Source: Penicillus capitatus (Eukaryota > Plantae > Chlorophyta). From it: DNA of 64,000 nt. This document shows, one piece after another, positions 37,520 through 49,435 of this stretch. Position 1 is the stretch's first letter; each line of letters begins with the position of its first letter. Below the pieces are notes generated by a model. It searched no databases and was not told the DNA's origin. It was given only the letters and a program-made list of their open reading frames with translations. The DNA is taken from the NCBI GenBank assembly GCA_965649825.1, contig OZ287696.1, forward strand, positions 849,101-913,100, given 5' to 3'. The translations under genes and the position numbers were made by a program.

Positions 37520-39632
37520 GTGCTGGGTTGAAAATTGATTAACAATGGATGATGCGTCCGAACAAATGTCACATCGAAAGCAAACATGTTTGACACACAG
37601 ACATCAGCAAAATCTCGCACATCACATCACAATCAGGAAACAGAAGAGGGCGTTCATTGGATCCTCTGTGGCAGGCAATTCTGTCGAACTCGATTCTGTA
37701 GGAGGAATGAGAAAGGGAGTGTGGCGTTCAATTCTCGGAGATGCAGAACACCAGCGGCTTCGTCTGGAGGTTGCTGAGGGACGCTTGGCTGGGCGATTTG
37801 AGCAGGATTGTCGACGGAGGTCTTGGTTCGTTTCTTCCAGGATGGCGAGATGGGGAGGACGACTCGGGGAGGCAGGTTGTTTTCAGGCTTGGATGGTTAT
37901 GCCATGTGCAGGACTGCGTCGATCTGCATCGAGGCAGATCGACGGCAGACTCATGCACATGGCAGTAGCTAGGTCTGCTGTAGCTATGGCCTCCATGTGC
38001 AGGACTGCGTCGATCTGCATCGAGGCAGATCGACAGCAGACTCGTGCACATGGAGTAGCTACGTACAAGGTCTCCGCCGATCTGCATCGAGGCAGATCGG
38101 CGGCAGACTCATGTACATGCCCCTTTTTTCCATGGGCTGCTGTCTGCATGCTTCACGTGCGTCTCCTCCTTCGATCTCCTCGGCCACTCCAGATCCGTCT
38201 TGCGTCTTACGCTCGACTCGCTCTCCTCTCTGGAGACTGCATCCTCCGTCCTGCGCGCAGAGTGAGGAGAGGGATCCCTGGCAAAAAGGATGGGCACCTC
38301 TTGGCAAACGTCTTCGGTCTCTTCTGTTTCGGCTTCCTGGCCGCGCGAGGTATGACTCTGCTGCGTCTTCTTCTTTTCTTGATCTCCTTCGGCTATCTAG
38401 CAGCCGGCAAGCAGGACTCCATCAGCTGACGGAGCTGCGAGAAAACGAACTCTAGTCGCATCCAGTACTCTTCGCACCACTCCGCCGTGTCAAGGGCGCA
38501 TCGAACGTGCCGCCGGTGGGTCGGATTCGTTCCGTCGACTGCTTCGGGTTCCTCGATGACTCCTAGAAACGCAGTTCTGTAGACTGTCCTTCGTCTACGG
38601 AGGCACAGAGAGAACCTGTTTGTGTGCGATGAACCTCGAGGATTCCAGCAGCCGGCAGAGGAGGTCCAGCAGATCCGCCAGCCGGTTGCGGGACAGCCGA
38701 TCGACGAGGAGCTCGAGCTCCTCCGGCAGCACCTGGTCCATGCGCCGATCGCGACGGGCGATGGACTCGATCGCGTCCGGCTCCTTGCTCGTCACCACCA
38801 CTTGGAGGTAGAGGTCGACCGGGAAGGAGTCCCAGAGCTGCCAAGGGGTGAAGGGTGGTCCCACCGCGAGCAGTGGACGTGCTCCGTCGACCCCTCCTCC
38901 AAAAGACGCCTCTTCTCTCTTGGCGACGGTTGCCCATCTGGCGAAGAGGTCGGTCTTGAACTCGGCCGAGACGAAGTCACTGAAGCCGCTGGCCCTCGAA
39001 CTTCTTCCAGGGACGCTGGGGACGCACAACTCGGCGGCGCAGGTGCTTCCCTCTGCCGAAAAGCCGCCGGCCTTCGAGTTGCTACAAGACACACACAACT
39101 GAAACCAATCCAGACGATCATGTATGCACGTACCTTGGTGACGCCGACCGGGAAGGAGTCCCAGAGCTGCCGAGGGGCGAAGGCGTAGTCCGCAGCGAGT
39201 AGTGGCGCATAGTTCGGAAAAACGGAAATGCGAAAACTGGTATGGCGTCGCGCGTTTTGTAGTCGAAGATGTGACAGCTGCAACAAATTCGACCGCGGGT
39301 TGCCAATCAGAATGCGCGATTCTCTACACAGCAGTCTGACGTCAGACGAAAACGGGTCGAACGTCACTTCGCTCGGCAGGCAACCTACCACATCGCCAGT
39401 CGATCACAACGAACGAAAACCGAGATTGACAATATGGAAAGGCAACATTCATCGCCGGCTGAGTGATGTGAAGAAGGCATGGACTACTCCACGTGTCTTG
39501 CATTCGACAGAGATCTCCAGACATGTCGTGGCATAACATCCAGCGTCTGTGATGACTCCGACTTATGTTTGCCATCACCAGAGGTCAGTTGAATGGGAGG
39601 CGGTGAACCACAGGGGTGATGCTGATGATGGC
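37520..39632 (-). pseudogene. Cassette A copy 3 at the native locus: degenerate helical-domain fragment, hairpins and internally deleted SPOC-like segment
   Basis: Colinear with copy 2 up to ~39400 and with the right end of copy 1 beyond it; carries stops and a 1-nt frameshift relative to copy 2. Confidence 0.75.
37900..38120. repeat. Triplet of palindromic hairpin repeats (array 3)
   Basis: Same unit as arrays 1 and 2. Confidence 0.92.
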
Positions 39633-39694
39633 AAGATGATGATGCTATGACGTATTTGAATGTCCGCAGACGCGTTTGTGCATGAATCGAATCT

Positions 39695-41337
39695 ATGGCT
39701 CCTCTTCCAGTTGTGAACTTGTGTGTCCTCCGTTTGCCTCTGAAACGCGCAGACGATGCAACATTTCCTTTCAGCCAGTCAACAATTGACGCCCTTCGAA
39801 TAACGTCGAAAAATAAAGCGGGTCTCGATGCGTTCTTCGCTAATGTGCAGGAGCAACGTGCGCTACTGCTAACGCTGCTTGAAAACGAAGAGTCTGTCGA
39901 AAGCGATGTCGACAACGCCTTGGCCATCTACCTGTCGAGTCTACACTATCTTCTAGCTCCCGACATTCCCTTTCGCAATGCCCTGAGCTTTTACTGGAAG
40001 GACGCTCTCTGTTCTTCGAAAACCGTTGTCGCCAAGACAGTCGAATACGAAATCGTGAACATTCTGCTTGCCACCGCTCTCTGGAAAACGAACCATGGCG
40101 CAGCGAGTATGATTTACTCAGAAACAGGGCTGAGTACCAGTTCAACGGCACATGCCTTCTTGCTATATCGCAAGGCTATTGGCATGGTAGAGTATTGTGA
40201 ACATCTGGTGAAGAATGGCGAACATGAAGGCAGTGTTGCGACGACCGATATGGATCCCACAGTACTGGCGGCTCTCAAGCATCTTCTCTACGCAGAGATT
40301 CAGGGAATTACTGTCTTGAGAGCCATTGACAAGGGAAATGCGCCCACTCTTATTTCGAGTCTGTCTCAGGATGCTCAATGGAAGTACGATCAATGCGTGG
40401 AAGAACTTGGTCGGCTTGATGTGACTGGAAGCTATTTGCATAAAATCTCGGCCTATGCTGGCTACAAGGCTGTATGCTTCAAAAGCTACGCCTACCTCTT
40501 CTTTGCGTGGGCAAAGCTCTCGGGAAGCGCAGGCGGAGCGGCCGTCCGTTTAGCTATGGAGGCGGAGAAGGTTTTTCAACTCTCCGCCGAAATGGGAACG
40601 ACATATGACAGAACGTCACCTCCAACAGATAGTACAGAAAGAGACAACTTTCATGTCGTTTGTGTCACAAAAAGAGTGACCATCACTCATGTGCTCCTTG
40701 TGTTGCAGAGAAGTTTGCAGATGGCAGTGACTAAGGTCAAGAGGCAGTCTGAAAGTGATAACCGTCATGTGTATTATGAAAAGATCCCCAACGATCTGCC
40801 AGAACTACCGCAGCCGAAACAGCTCGTCGGTAGACATGCCACATCTCTTTGGCATCCAGCTCATGGACTGCTGCCGTTGTAGGGAGCATACTTTATGATT
40901 ATCCTCATCCAAATCCTTCTGTCGATGCCGAGATCTTTTCGGGAATCAAAGCGTCCTCCACCGTGGCATCATCACCTGAAACCATCGTCCAAATCGTGCC
41001 AGGCACAGAACATCAGCCTTCTGGAGAGACAAAGACCGACGCATCTCGACAGGACACCGCTCAAGCACAAGACCAATCTTCACGTTGGTGGAGATGGCTG
41101 TTGGTTATCATTGCCACTCCGTTGCTCCTTATGACCACCATTGCAGGAATTTTCGTTTGGATCATTTTGATCCCATTCAAATTCATCTGTTGGCCTGTGG
41201 GCATGTTGGCTCAGTTTCTTTGGAATATTGTAGAGTACCTCATCAAAGCACCTCTTCGGGCGATGCTCTGGGCATCAGGTGCTGAATGGCGGCCAGAACA
41301 ATCTGAGAAGACCCATTCACCTCAGAACGCGCCCTGA
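39695..41337 (+). CDS. BRO1-domain (BROX-like) protein with C-terminal hydrophobic segments
   Basis: F.WKDAL..EYEIVNILLA..LYRKAIGMVEY..AEIQGITV..DN..VYYEKIP..LPELP; the spliced last exon carries WWRWLLVIIATPLLL..FVWIILIPFKFICWPVG. Confidence 0.8.
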
Positions 41338-41541
41338 GTGGCAGCAGCCTCAGATCGTGATTTCATTCGTCAAAAGTAGCATCCTTTGCTGTGATTTGAT
41401 TTGCCATTTGGTCCGCGTTTACGTGTTTTTATGTTTCTCGTGCTATTATCTCAAGTAACAATATAAAGGGGCACACATTGAAGTGCATAATCCTGCGTTC
41501 GATGTCAGAGCTGATACATGATGTTTGTTTGATTGATGCGT

Positions 41542-42840
41542 TCATGATTGCTTTTGTTTCCAGGTCCATAGGCGTGTACGGATCATACGGGCTCTCCAGT
41601 ACAATCGTTCATAAAAATACATACCTCCTCCCTCATCCAGTCCCTTTGGAGACTTCTCCTGCCTCTCCCGTACGCGACGCTCACGGTCGGCTCGACGTTC
41701 CTTCTCTTCTCTCTCTGTATCTTCGGCATCTTCTGCGGCATCAAGTGCCACGGCGGCATGCGTCTGCTCAGAAAGAAATCACACAAAGTGGGCATTGCTG
41801 AAAAGAGTGACCTTAGACAGTGGATCTCTGAGTGCTGCCAGAACACCACCTTTGCTGAAGACAGTGGAATCGCCAGTAATATAGACGCGCTGCTCTTGAT
41901 CCGGCAGAGGAATGTCGACACCCAACACCTTCATGACGTATGTCCCCTGGCAAAACCACGAAACCTCTGATTCCAAACCATCACCCCATGTTGCCCACTT
42001 TTCGTTTTTTGGCGTCCAGGAAGACCAGACCATGTCGCTGTGTTCCGTGCACAGGGAAAATCATCTTGACTCGGCGTGCCTGCAATTGCGGCATCCATCC
42101 CTACAGTTTCGTGTCCATGACTGGCGATGGCAGACAGAGTGGTACGGTGAGTTTCAAGCCGCCGCCTGAGAGTACCATGGCTGTTGCCTCGCCGCTCATC
42201 AGTGGAGCACCCATGACTTCCAGGATCCCCGGATGCGTATTCAGTCTTAGCAATGCCAGACGATGGACGGCATCGGGGTTCACTCTGAACCTTCTATTCA
42301 GATAGACAGCAACGAGGGCCAACATCACCACGGTCAATCCCTGGAACATCACACATCCCATCGTTCCGTCAAGGCGCTAATGCAATTTCCGTGCGGTCTC
42401 TGCTGTGTGATGTTACCTCGTACCAAGGAGCCAAGTGTGATGTGCATCTGCGATGCCGTCTGGCTAAAACGACGCCACAAGGCGGAATGGATGGTCCAGA
42501 GACAGCTTCCAGATAGAATGAAAGCCAGCACCATGAGTGAGCGACCATGCCGTTGAGCAAAGGACTCAAATTGGAGTTTCGTGACCTGATGCAGCGACTT
42601 GGATTGCCTCAATCGATCGCCCACAGCTCGAATCTATCCCGACAGACTCAGATAGTGAACGACACCCATTCTTCCGATAGAGATCGAGATCTCACGCGGG
42701 CGAACAGGCCCTCGGCCGAAGATGCGATTCGCGATGGCATTGCTTTGGCAAAAGCTGTCGCGTTTGTCGAAACGGGACGATGAGAGACGAAGACGCCACT
42801 CCTTCGCCAGAGCTACGAACCGCCTATGGTGGATCACACT
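41542..42840 (-). CDS. Plant-type mitochondrial inner-membrane TIM21-like protein (At2g40800 family), multi-exon
   Basis: RFRVNPDAVHRLALLRLNTHPGILEVMGAPL..VLSGGGL, YVMKVLGVDIP, LRDPL; the start is approximate. Confidence 0.8.
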
Positions 42841-43089
42841 TTCTATCGATGCTCACCCGTGCACCAATAGACGTGTGAGACGCTGAGGTCATTCGACGCA
42901 AGAGATCGGCTGCGGCCCCTGCCGAAACGCCTGGCATCGTGACGCCGTGCATCAAACGAACAAAACGCATTGGTCTTCGCATTGGAAGCATTGCGAGTTA
43001 ATTGACACATTGCCGCCGCCTTTTGCGCGACCTGCTCACGTTCCCGTTTGATCTTGAAGAGCGTCCGTTTCGACGGGTGGTGACGAATC

Positions 43090-43785
43090 ATGTCAGACGG
43101 GTAAACGTTTCTGCGTCGCGAAATCCGTCAGACGAAGCCGTTCTTAGTGACGAGCCCGAATCATCTGTCCCCGCTGCTGGCGCAAGCGGCGAGGGAATGG
43201 ACATCAATCAAGCTGTACGGGAGGTGCTGAAGGTGTCCTTGGCACACGATGGTCTGAGACGTGGACTGAAAGAAGTGCTGAAGACTATCGAGTTTGGAGA
43301 GGCCCAGCTCTGTATCCTGGCACAGGTTCGACAGCATCATCACTATGCTGGATGATGACGATCGGCGAACAGGACAACAATCAACCGGATTACAAGAAAC
43401 TGATCGAGGCGTTGTGTGCCGAGAAGGATGTCAGTTTGATCTCTGTTGGCAGCGCTAAGCAGCTCGGCGAGATGGCGGGGGTAAGAAGTGTGAGAGAGAG
43501 TGAGATAGGAAGGATAATGAGGTGTGATGTGACAGTTGTGCAAGATTGATGCGGAGGGTAATGCAAGGAGAGTTGTCGCCTGCGGCTGCTGTGCCATCAA
43601 AGTAATCTCGCATTCTAGATGATGTGACACATTGTGTGCTCACTCGCGCTCGGCATGACAGAACTATGGCAAAGAATCTGAAGGACTGACGGTGCTGCAA
43701 GCCTACATCAACGTACCCATACATAGCATCATTCCAGCTGTCACATCATATCTTATATACATAGGGGGCTGGCGGCGAAGACTAG
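43090..43785 (+). CDS. RPS12: 40S ribosomal protein S12 (eS12), 5 exons
   Basis: MDINQAVREVLKVSLAHDGLRRGLKE, YKKLIEALCAE, LGEMAG|LCKIDAEGNARRVVACGC. Confidence 0.95.
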
Positions 43786-44008
43786 AGAACAGTGTTGGGC
43801 GACGCAAAGAGTTATGGATACGCGCATACATTGTTTTAAAGCGAGTTTCATGATAAACAATGACGGACGGCTTTTTACGAGATCCGCTGTTTGAGTTCTG
43901 TCTCTGACATTTCATCGATCTTGATGAAGTCGACGGGGCTGTCCAGAAACGCGTCGATTCATCCGTTCCATTCCACGCGTCCGTCGTTTCGATCGATCGC
44001 ACCGCATC

Positions 44009-45316
44009 ATGGCGTCGAATTCCAGCGCAAGTCCACACAACATTCGCGCTGACGACTATCCTGACGGCGGCAAAGATTGTCTCCTGTTCTATTGCCGCGA
44101 AACCGAAAAGTTGGCGCACGACATCGCTAAAGCGAGTGAGAAAGTGGAATTGGGAGAGGTTCTGTGGAATCGCTTTGAAGACGGCTTTCCGAATCTCTTC
44201 ATCAAAAACGCTCTGACCATTCGCAATCGCCACGTCGGATTCTTGGCGTCCTTTCACTCAACCGAAGCGATCTTCGAACAAATCTCGTTGATCTACGCTT
44301 TGCCTCGCCTGTTTGTGAGCTCCTTCACTTTGGTGCTTCCCTTCTTTCCGACCGGCACGCACGAGAGAGTGAGAAATCCGTCATGTCAGAATGATGTGAC
44401 AGTTGTTGGCCTAAGATCGAATCCGAAGGAGAAGTGGCAACCGCGTTCACGCTCGCCCGTATCTTATCCAATATCCCTCTCTCGAGAGGAGGCCCAACAA
44501 GTCTCGTCACCTACGACATCCATGCCCTTCAGGTTTGGATGTATGTCTGGATGGATGGTATGCGATGTGTGGATTCAGGAACGGTTTTATTTTGGCGACG
44601 CCGTATTGCCCCTTTTCGAAAGCGGCATTCCTTTGCTCCTGAATGCACTGGCAGAACTGCCGGATGTTGCAGACGTGTGAATGCCCGCTTCTGTATACTA
44701 TGGACAGCGGAAGCCTCTGCAGGTGACGATCGCCTATCCAGATGACGGCTCATGGAAACGCTTTCACACATTCTTTCATCACTTCCCCGAAGTCATCTGC
44801 ACAAAGATCCGAGTCGACGGGAAAAAGATCGTGAAACTGAAGGCAAGGATACCAATGCGCATCTCCACTCCGAAACGGAAGACGATGTGACAGGAGGGAG
44901 AAGTATCGGGTCGTCATATAGTGATGGTCGATGATCTAGTCCAAACAGGAGGAACGCTGATCGAGTGCCATTCCGTCCTGGCCGACCACGGGGCCAAACA
45001 CGGTCAGACAATCAACCCCTTCATCTACGCCTATCCCTGATCGGCTGCTGGCTGTTTACAGTCAGTGCCTACGTGACCCACGGTGTCTTCCCAGATCACG
45101 CATACAAACGATTCCAGCCAGAAAACAACAGTTCCATCCTTGAACGCAGCCGTCTCTTGTGTGAAGGAGTGTTTGTCGGTAGATGATGCGTCGACTGGAT
45201 TTACGAACTTTTGGATGACGGATTCCTGTGCCATGACTGTTCGCTGTGTTCGGAATCGACCGCCCTTCAAGATCCTGTCGCTTGCCGATGCCATAGCGCA
45301 GACGTTGCAGATCTAG
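44009..45316 (+). CDS. PRS4: Ribose-phosphate pyrophosphokinase, class II (PRS3/4-type)
   Basis: [27 protein letters not shown]|[42 protein letters not shown]. Confidence 0.95.
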
Positions 45317-45405
45317 TCTGTCACAAACGTGACGAACTCGTTTCGTATTGTACATACGCTCCAATTTACAATACATCTGCCAGACGTTCTGGCATCCACC
45401 CTCTG

Positions 45406-46604
45406 TTATCTTGCAGCCTTCGATTCAAATGCCATCGACCCTGGCTCGACCGATGTCTGCCTCAGCACAGTGTCCTGGTGCTCAGGCACCATCATTGTCT
45501 CGGCCACATCTTGGCCGTCCATGAGATCTTCTTGATCCACTTCCTTTGTTTTCTGTTCTTTTGCAGGGTGTTCTGAATCGCTGTCGTTTTGGAGAAGCTG
45601 CGAAACGTTGACGGTGCAGAGGGCGCGTTTCTTGACGTCTCCCAGAAATACACAGTGACCGTCCTCTTCTCGGACATTGATGGCGACGAGTTGTTGATGA
45701 AAGAGCCAAGGAGTGCCGCAGCTCACATCCAGCACGACCTCTCCCATCTTCAGACACACTTTCCCGCTCTTGTAGATCTGCAACTTTCCGATTTTTCCAT
45801 CCGGCAGATGTCGCTTCGCATCGCCATCTGTCAAACCCTCATCTCTCGTGTGTCGCCTGGCTAGGGGCAGACCAGACGGTAGCTGAAACAGAATGGCGCC
45901 AGGATTCGCTACAAACACCGTCTCCCCTGAGTACACGCAGCAAGCAAGGTATCGTACAGGTGTTATCTGCAAGGTCCAGATCGGCGGCGGTGGTCACGTC
46001 GTTGTCATCTGAGTCGACGTCCATCAGCCGCTCTTCTAAGTACTGTGGCAGAAGCTTGTGTGTATCTTCTGCCTCTTCGGATGGATCCATAGGGCGAATA
46101 GGAATGGTCGTTGGTCGAAAGGGATCTTCTGGAAACGGATCTTCTGTCTGTTCCTGCTTCTCCTCTTGCTTCGTCGACGGATCTGTCTGAAAGCCCGAAG
46201 CCGCCCAGGCGACCCGTCGAGCATCGTGGGGATAGACGGTTGTTTTCTGCCATAAAGACAGACATCTGCAGAAGGCAACCACATCGATACAGCAATCGCA
46301 CCACAGCGCCTCCAAAAGCAATGCTGGATTTCACATCGGTGTATCGCTGTCTGGGACGCGCCGACCCACGCTGCCATTTCGCTTCCGATCGCGCCGCCTC
46401 CACCAGTTCTTGAAACGCGGCCGATTTGTGCTGGTGCATGAGGCGAACGTCCAAATCTTCGCCCACTCATACAGCAGGTGATACTTCAGATGGTGGTTTG
46501 GGCTGAAGGTCTCTCTTGACGGTCCGTCGATGGCGCGTATTGACGATAGGCACCAGCTTTCGCGGTTTCTTAGGCTTTTTCGCATCACCTTCATTGTCGG
46601 TCAT
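45406..46604 (-). CDS. RPC4: RNA polymerase III subunit RPC4 (RPC53)
   Basis: FQLPSGLP..LPDGKIGKLQIYKSGKVCLKMGEVVLDVSCG..FHQQLV..FLGDV. Confidence 0.88.
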
Positions 46605-46682
46605 CACGCCGCAGCCAATCCGAACGAACGAACGAACCATTGCGCATGCCGTTGACATCTGTCTGACGTACGCGCGTTCGGG

Positions 46683-47069
46683 ATGCCATTAGATATCGAT
46701 CTCGTCGTCGCGACACGAGATTACGCACTGAGGCCCTCTTTACTTCAGAGATTTCGTCGTGATCGAGGGAAGGAGATCGTGAAGCGTATTCTCGACGATC
46801 GATTCCGAGAAGAAGTCGAGTATCGTGCCGATCATGTGTCGACCCTGACGCGCGACATTTCCGATGAGATTCGACGCGAAATCGCCTCCCAGTGGCCACG
46901 TTACAAATTCCTCGTCCAGACATGGATCGCCGAACGGCGTCAAGATATCGGACTCGCGATCGCAAGTCGTGCCATCTGGGATGTCGAGTGCGATGCTCTC
47001 TGTGATGTGACGTTTCGTCATTCGCATCTCCACGGCATCGTCGCCGTCTTTGCCATCTATCTCTATTAA
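46683..47069 (+). CDS. Tctex-1 family dynein light chain, intronless
   Basis: Y.LRP..F..IVKRIL..DISDEIRREI..PRYKFLVQ..IASRAIWD..D..GIVAVFAIYLY. Confidence 0.88.
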   Translation: MPLDIDLVVATRDYALRPSLLQRFRRDRGKEIVKRILDDRFREEVEYRADHVSTLTRDISDEIRREIASQWPRYKFLVQTWIAERRQDIGLAIASRAIWDVECDALCDVTFRHSHLHGIVAVFAIYLY

Positions 47070-47111
47070 AGCCCTTCTGTCTGAACAACGATTTGACTCG
47101 TTTCTCCCGCG

Positions 47112-49037
47112 ATGTCGTCTCTCGTCTACTTTCGTTTCAGTTCTTCGAAGGACTTTGACTACATCTCCTTCGAAGGCGACTTCATTTCAATTGGCGAACT
47201 GAAGTATCTCATTTCTAAGAAGACAGGCGTCTCGAAAGACAGAAGCACCGTTATCGAGTTGTTCGACAGTGGAACAGAAGAGGAGTACGTCGATACGAAC
47301 ACGATGATCGCCAAGAGCTCCTCTGTCGTTGCCAAGCGCAGTCCAGCCGTACGCCCACCACCCATTGCCGCCGCGAGCGTCAAAACCCCAACAGCCATTG
47401 CAACGACGGCGAAAGAACCATTAAAGAACGATGCAGCGGCAACAGTGGAAGAGAACTTGGACGAGGCATTGGGTCCAGGCGTTTTTGCTCCGGAGGCCAG
47501 AGAGGAAGCAGACGACGCGACGATTTCGCAGGTTGTGCGTAGATTTGGCGAAGTGTGGAGGACAGATTTGAATCTCCAGTCCTCTTCGTGGCGACGCGGA
47601 AGGGGACGAGAATTTGGTGGTCGAGGAAGACGAGGTGCTCTCCGTGTCGGGCGTTCCAATTTGCCGCCTCCGGGTTATGTTTGTCATCGGTGTAATACGC
47701 CAGGGCATTTCATAGAGGATTGTCCCACGAACGGCGATCCCGCTTTCGACTTTGTACGCGTGCGCTATCCAACAGGCATCCCATCCTCGATGCTCGAAAA
47801 AGATGAGGAGGGAGGTCTGATGCTGCCCGATGGCCAAAGAGCACGTTTGAAGCCCAATACTGAAAAATTTAAGCAAGAAATGGAAGGGGTTCCCAGTGGA
47901 GAACCGTCTGTGAAGAGATTGCCTGGACCCTCAGCTGGAGAGGCAATAATGGGAGAGCGTTTTGACGAGTTATCAAGTGTCTTAGCCAGAAACCCCTTGA
48001 CGACTTTGGCGCCTTTGATGATGCACGTGCTCCCCAATGGCAGGGATGACGATGTTCGTCGAGGGTTCTTTTGTGGACAGCCCTTCGATCGTCACACATT
48101 TCAGCAGTGCAGAGAAGAGCACGTGAGAGCAACGGTGTATGACAGTCATGTCACGCCGCCGCCGCCAAACTGGACACAGCCGCCGCCTCCCGGTCCACCC
48201 ACGTATGACAATGGTGGGCATTGGAGAGCGCCGCCGCCGAATGATTTTTATGGAGATCGGCACTGGACACAGAAGGGTAGTCATCATCCCTTTGTAGACT
48301 ATGGACCTCCAAGAAAACAGCCTTTTACGGAACCGCCGCCACCGCACTGGAATCCGCACGTGCGTGTTCCTTACTACGACGCTGGATTTCCACAGCCGCC
48401 ACCCTATGCAGCAGATCGATACGCTCCAGAACCGCCCGTGGCTTATCCCGCTCCAGCATCCGATGCTGGTCCATCTCTGCCTTCTAAAATTGTCCGTCCT
48501 CAGCCAAATCTGCCAGCAAAGGAGATGCTAACAGCATCCAACGAAAATGGTCGTCATTTTGTCGAAGACGAATCTAAGAAGGACTTGCCTTATGGATTTG
48601 AACGATCCATGCCAGAGATGTCGATCGACAAGCCAGAAGATAATGAAGAATACCGTCCCACTCGCAGTCGATCTCGATCTCCGCCAAATAAACCTCACAG
48701 AAGACGTTCTGAACACACAGATACGTCCGATCGCTCTCCATCGATCAAAAGGTCAAAAGCACATAGGCGAGATAAAGAGAGGAGCCATCATCATCGTAGA
48801 AAGAGAGACAAAGAACGGCGCGGCAGTCGAAGAGACGTGCAGGACAGATCCCCAGCTCTATCCGATCGAGAGGCAAAACGACAGAACTATCAGGTCCCGC
48901 CCACCTCCCATCCCTCTCCACAACCCCTCACCCACCCATCGTCTCTCCAGGATGATGGATTGGATCGTTGGGAACTTGAGAAGACAGGCTACGATGATGA
49001 AGAATTCATGGAGGTAGAGTTTCAAGACACAAGGTAG
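47112..49037 (+). CDS. DWNN domain + zinc knuckle protein (RBBP6/Mpe1-like), Pro- and RS-rich tail
   Basis: VYFRFSSSKDFDYISFEG..ISIGELK DWNN; PPPGYVCHRCNTPGHFIEDCPTNGD knuckle; TGIP motif. Confidence 0.9.
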   Translation: MSSLVYFRFSSSKDFDYISFEGDFISIGELKYLISKKTGVSKDRSTVIELFDSGTEEEYVDTNTMIAKSSSVVAKRSPAVRPPPIAAASVKTPTAIATTAKEPLKNDAAATVEENLDEALGPGVFAPEAREEADDATISQVVRRFGEVWRTDLNLQSSSWRRGRGREFGGRGRRGALRVGRSNLPPPGYVCHRCNTPGHFIEDCPTNGDPAFDFVRVRYPTGIPSSMLEKDEEGGLMLPDGQRARLKPNTEKFKQEMEGVPSGEPSVKRLPGPSAGEAIMGERFDELSSVLARNPLTTLAPLMMHVLPNGRDDDVRRGFFCGQPFDRHTFQQCREEHVRATVYDSHVTPPPPNWTQPPPPGPPTYDNGGHWRAPPPNDFYGDRHWTQKGSHHPFVDYGPPRKQPFTEPPPPHWNPHVRVPYYDAGFPQPPPYAADRYAPEPPVAYPAPASDAGPSLPSKIVRPQPNLPAKEMLTASNENGRHFVEDESKKDLPYGFERSMPEMSIDKPEDNEEYRPTRSRSRSPPNKPHRRRSEHTDTSDRSPSIKRSKAHRRDKERSHHHRRKRDKERRGSRRDVQDRSPALSDREAKRQNYQVPPTSHPSPQPLTHPSSLQDDGLDRWELEKTGYDDEEFMEVEFQDTR

Positions 49038-49435
49038 CGCACCCTCCCTCTATCTCCATCCACTGACGGACAGACCTGTCCCTGTGGCGTTCCTTCAAGA
49101 CACAAACACCGAACGGAGAGACGCAAGAGTCGATATGAGAAGGAAAGAAGGTCCAGGTGTGGGAGTGATGTGTGAACTATTATCTTCGAGATCTAATAGT
49201 GATGAGATGAGATGTGTATCAGATTGTTACACTGTTTGCTGTTTTCTCTTTGGGTGATAAGCGCAAGCAAGATTATTGTAGAAGCGTCTAATCCAACACT
49301 TGCTAGTCGTGCGTGATTTTCTGGACACTGTTTCTGTCCTGCAGCCCTCGCTCCTCGACCCGTGCATATAGACAGAACGCTTTGCCTTCCATTTAATTCA
49401 CAGTTGTAAACCGGCCAGGGACAAGAAAGATGTGC

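Noticed and set aside
43525-44893. Shared GATGTGACAG word in several introns as an Introner family
   Set aside because: Similarity is limited to the branch/acceptor region; intron bodies are unrelated.
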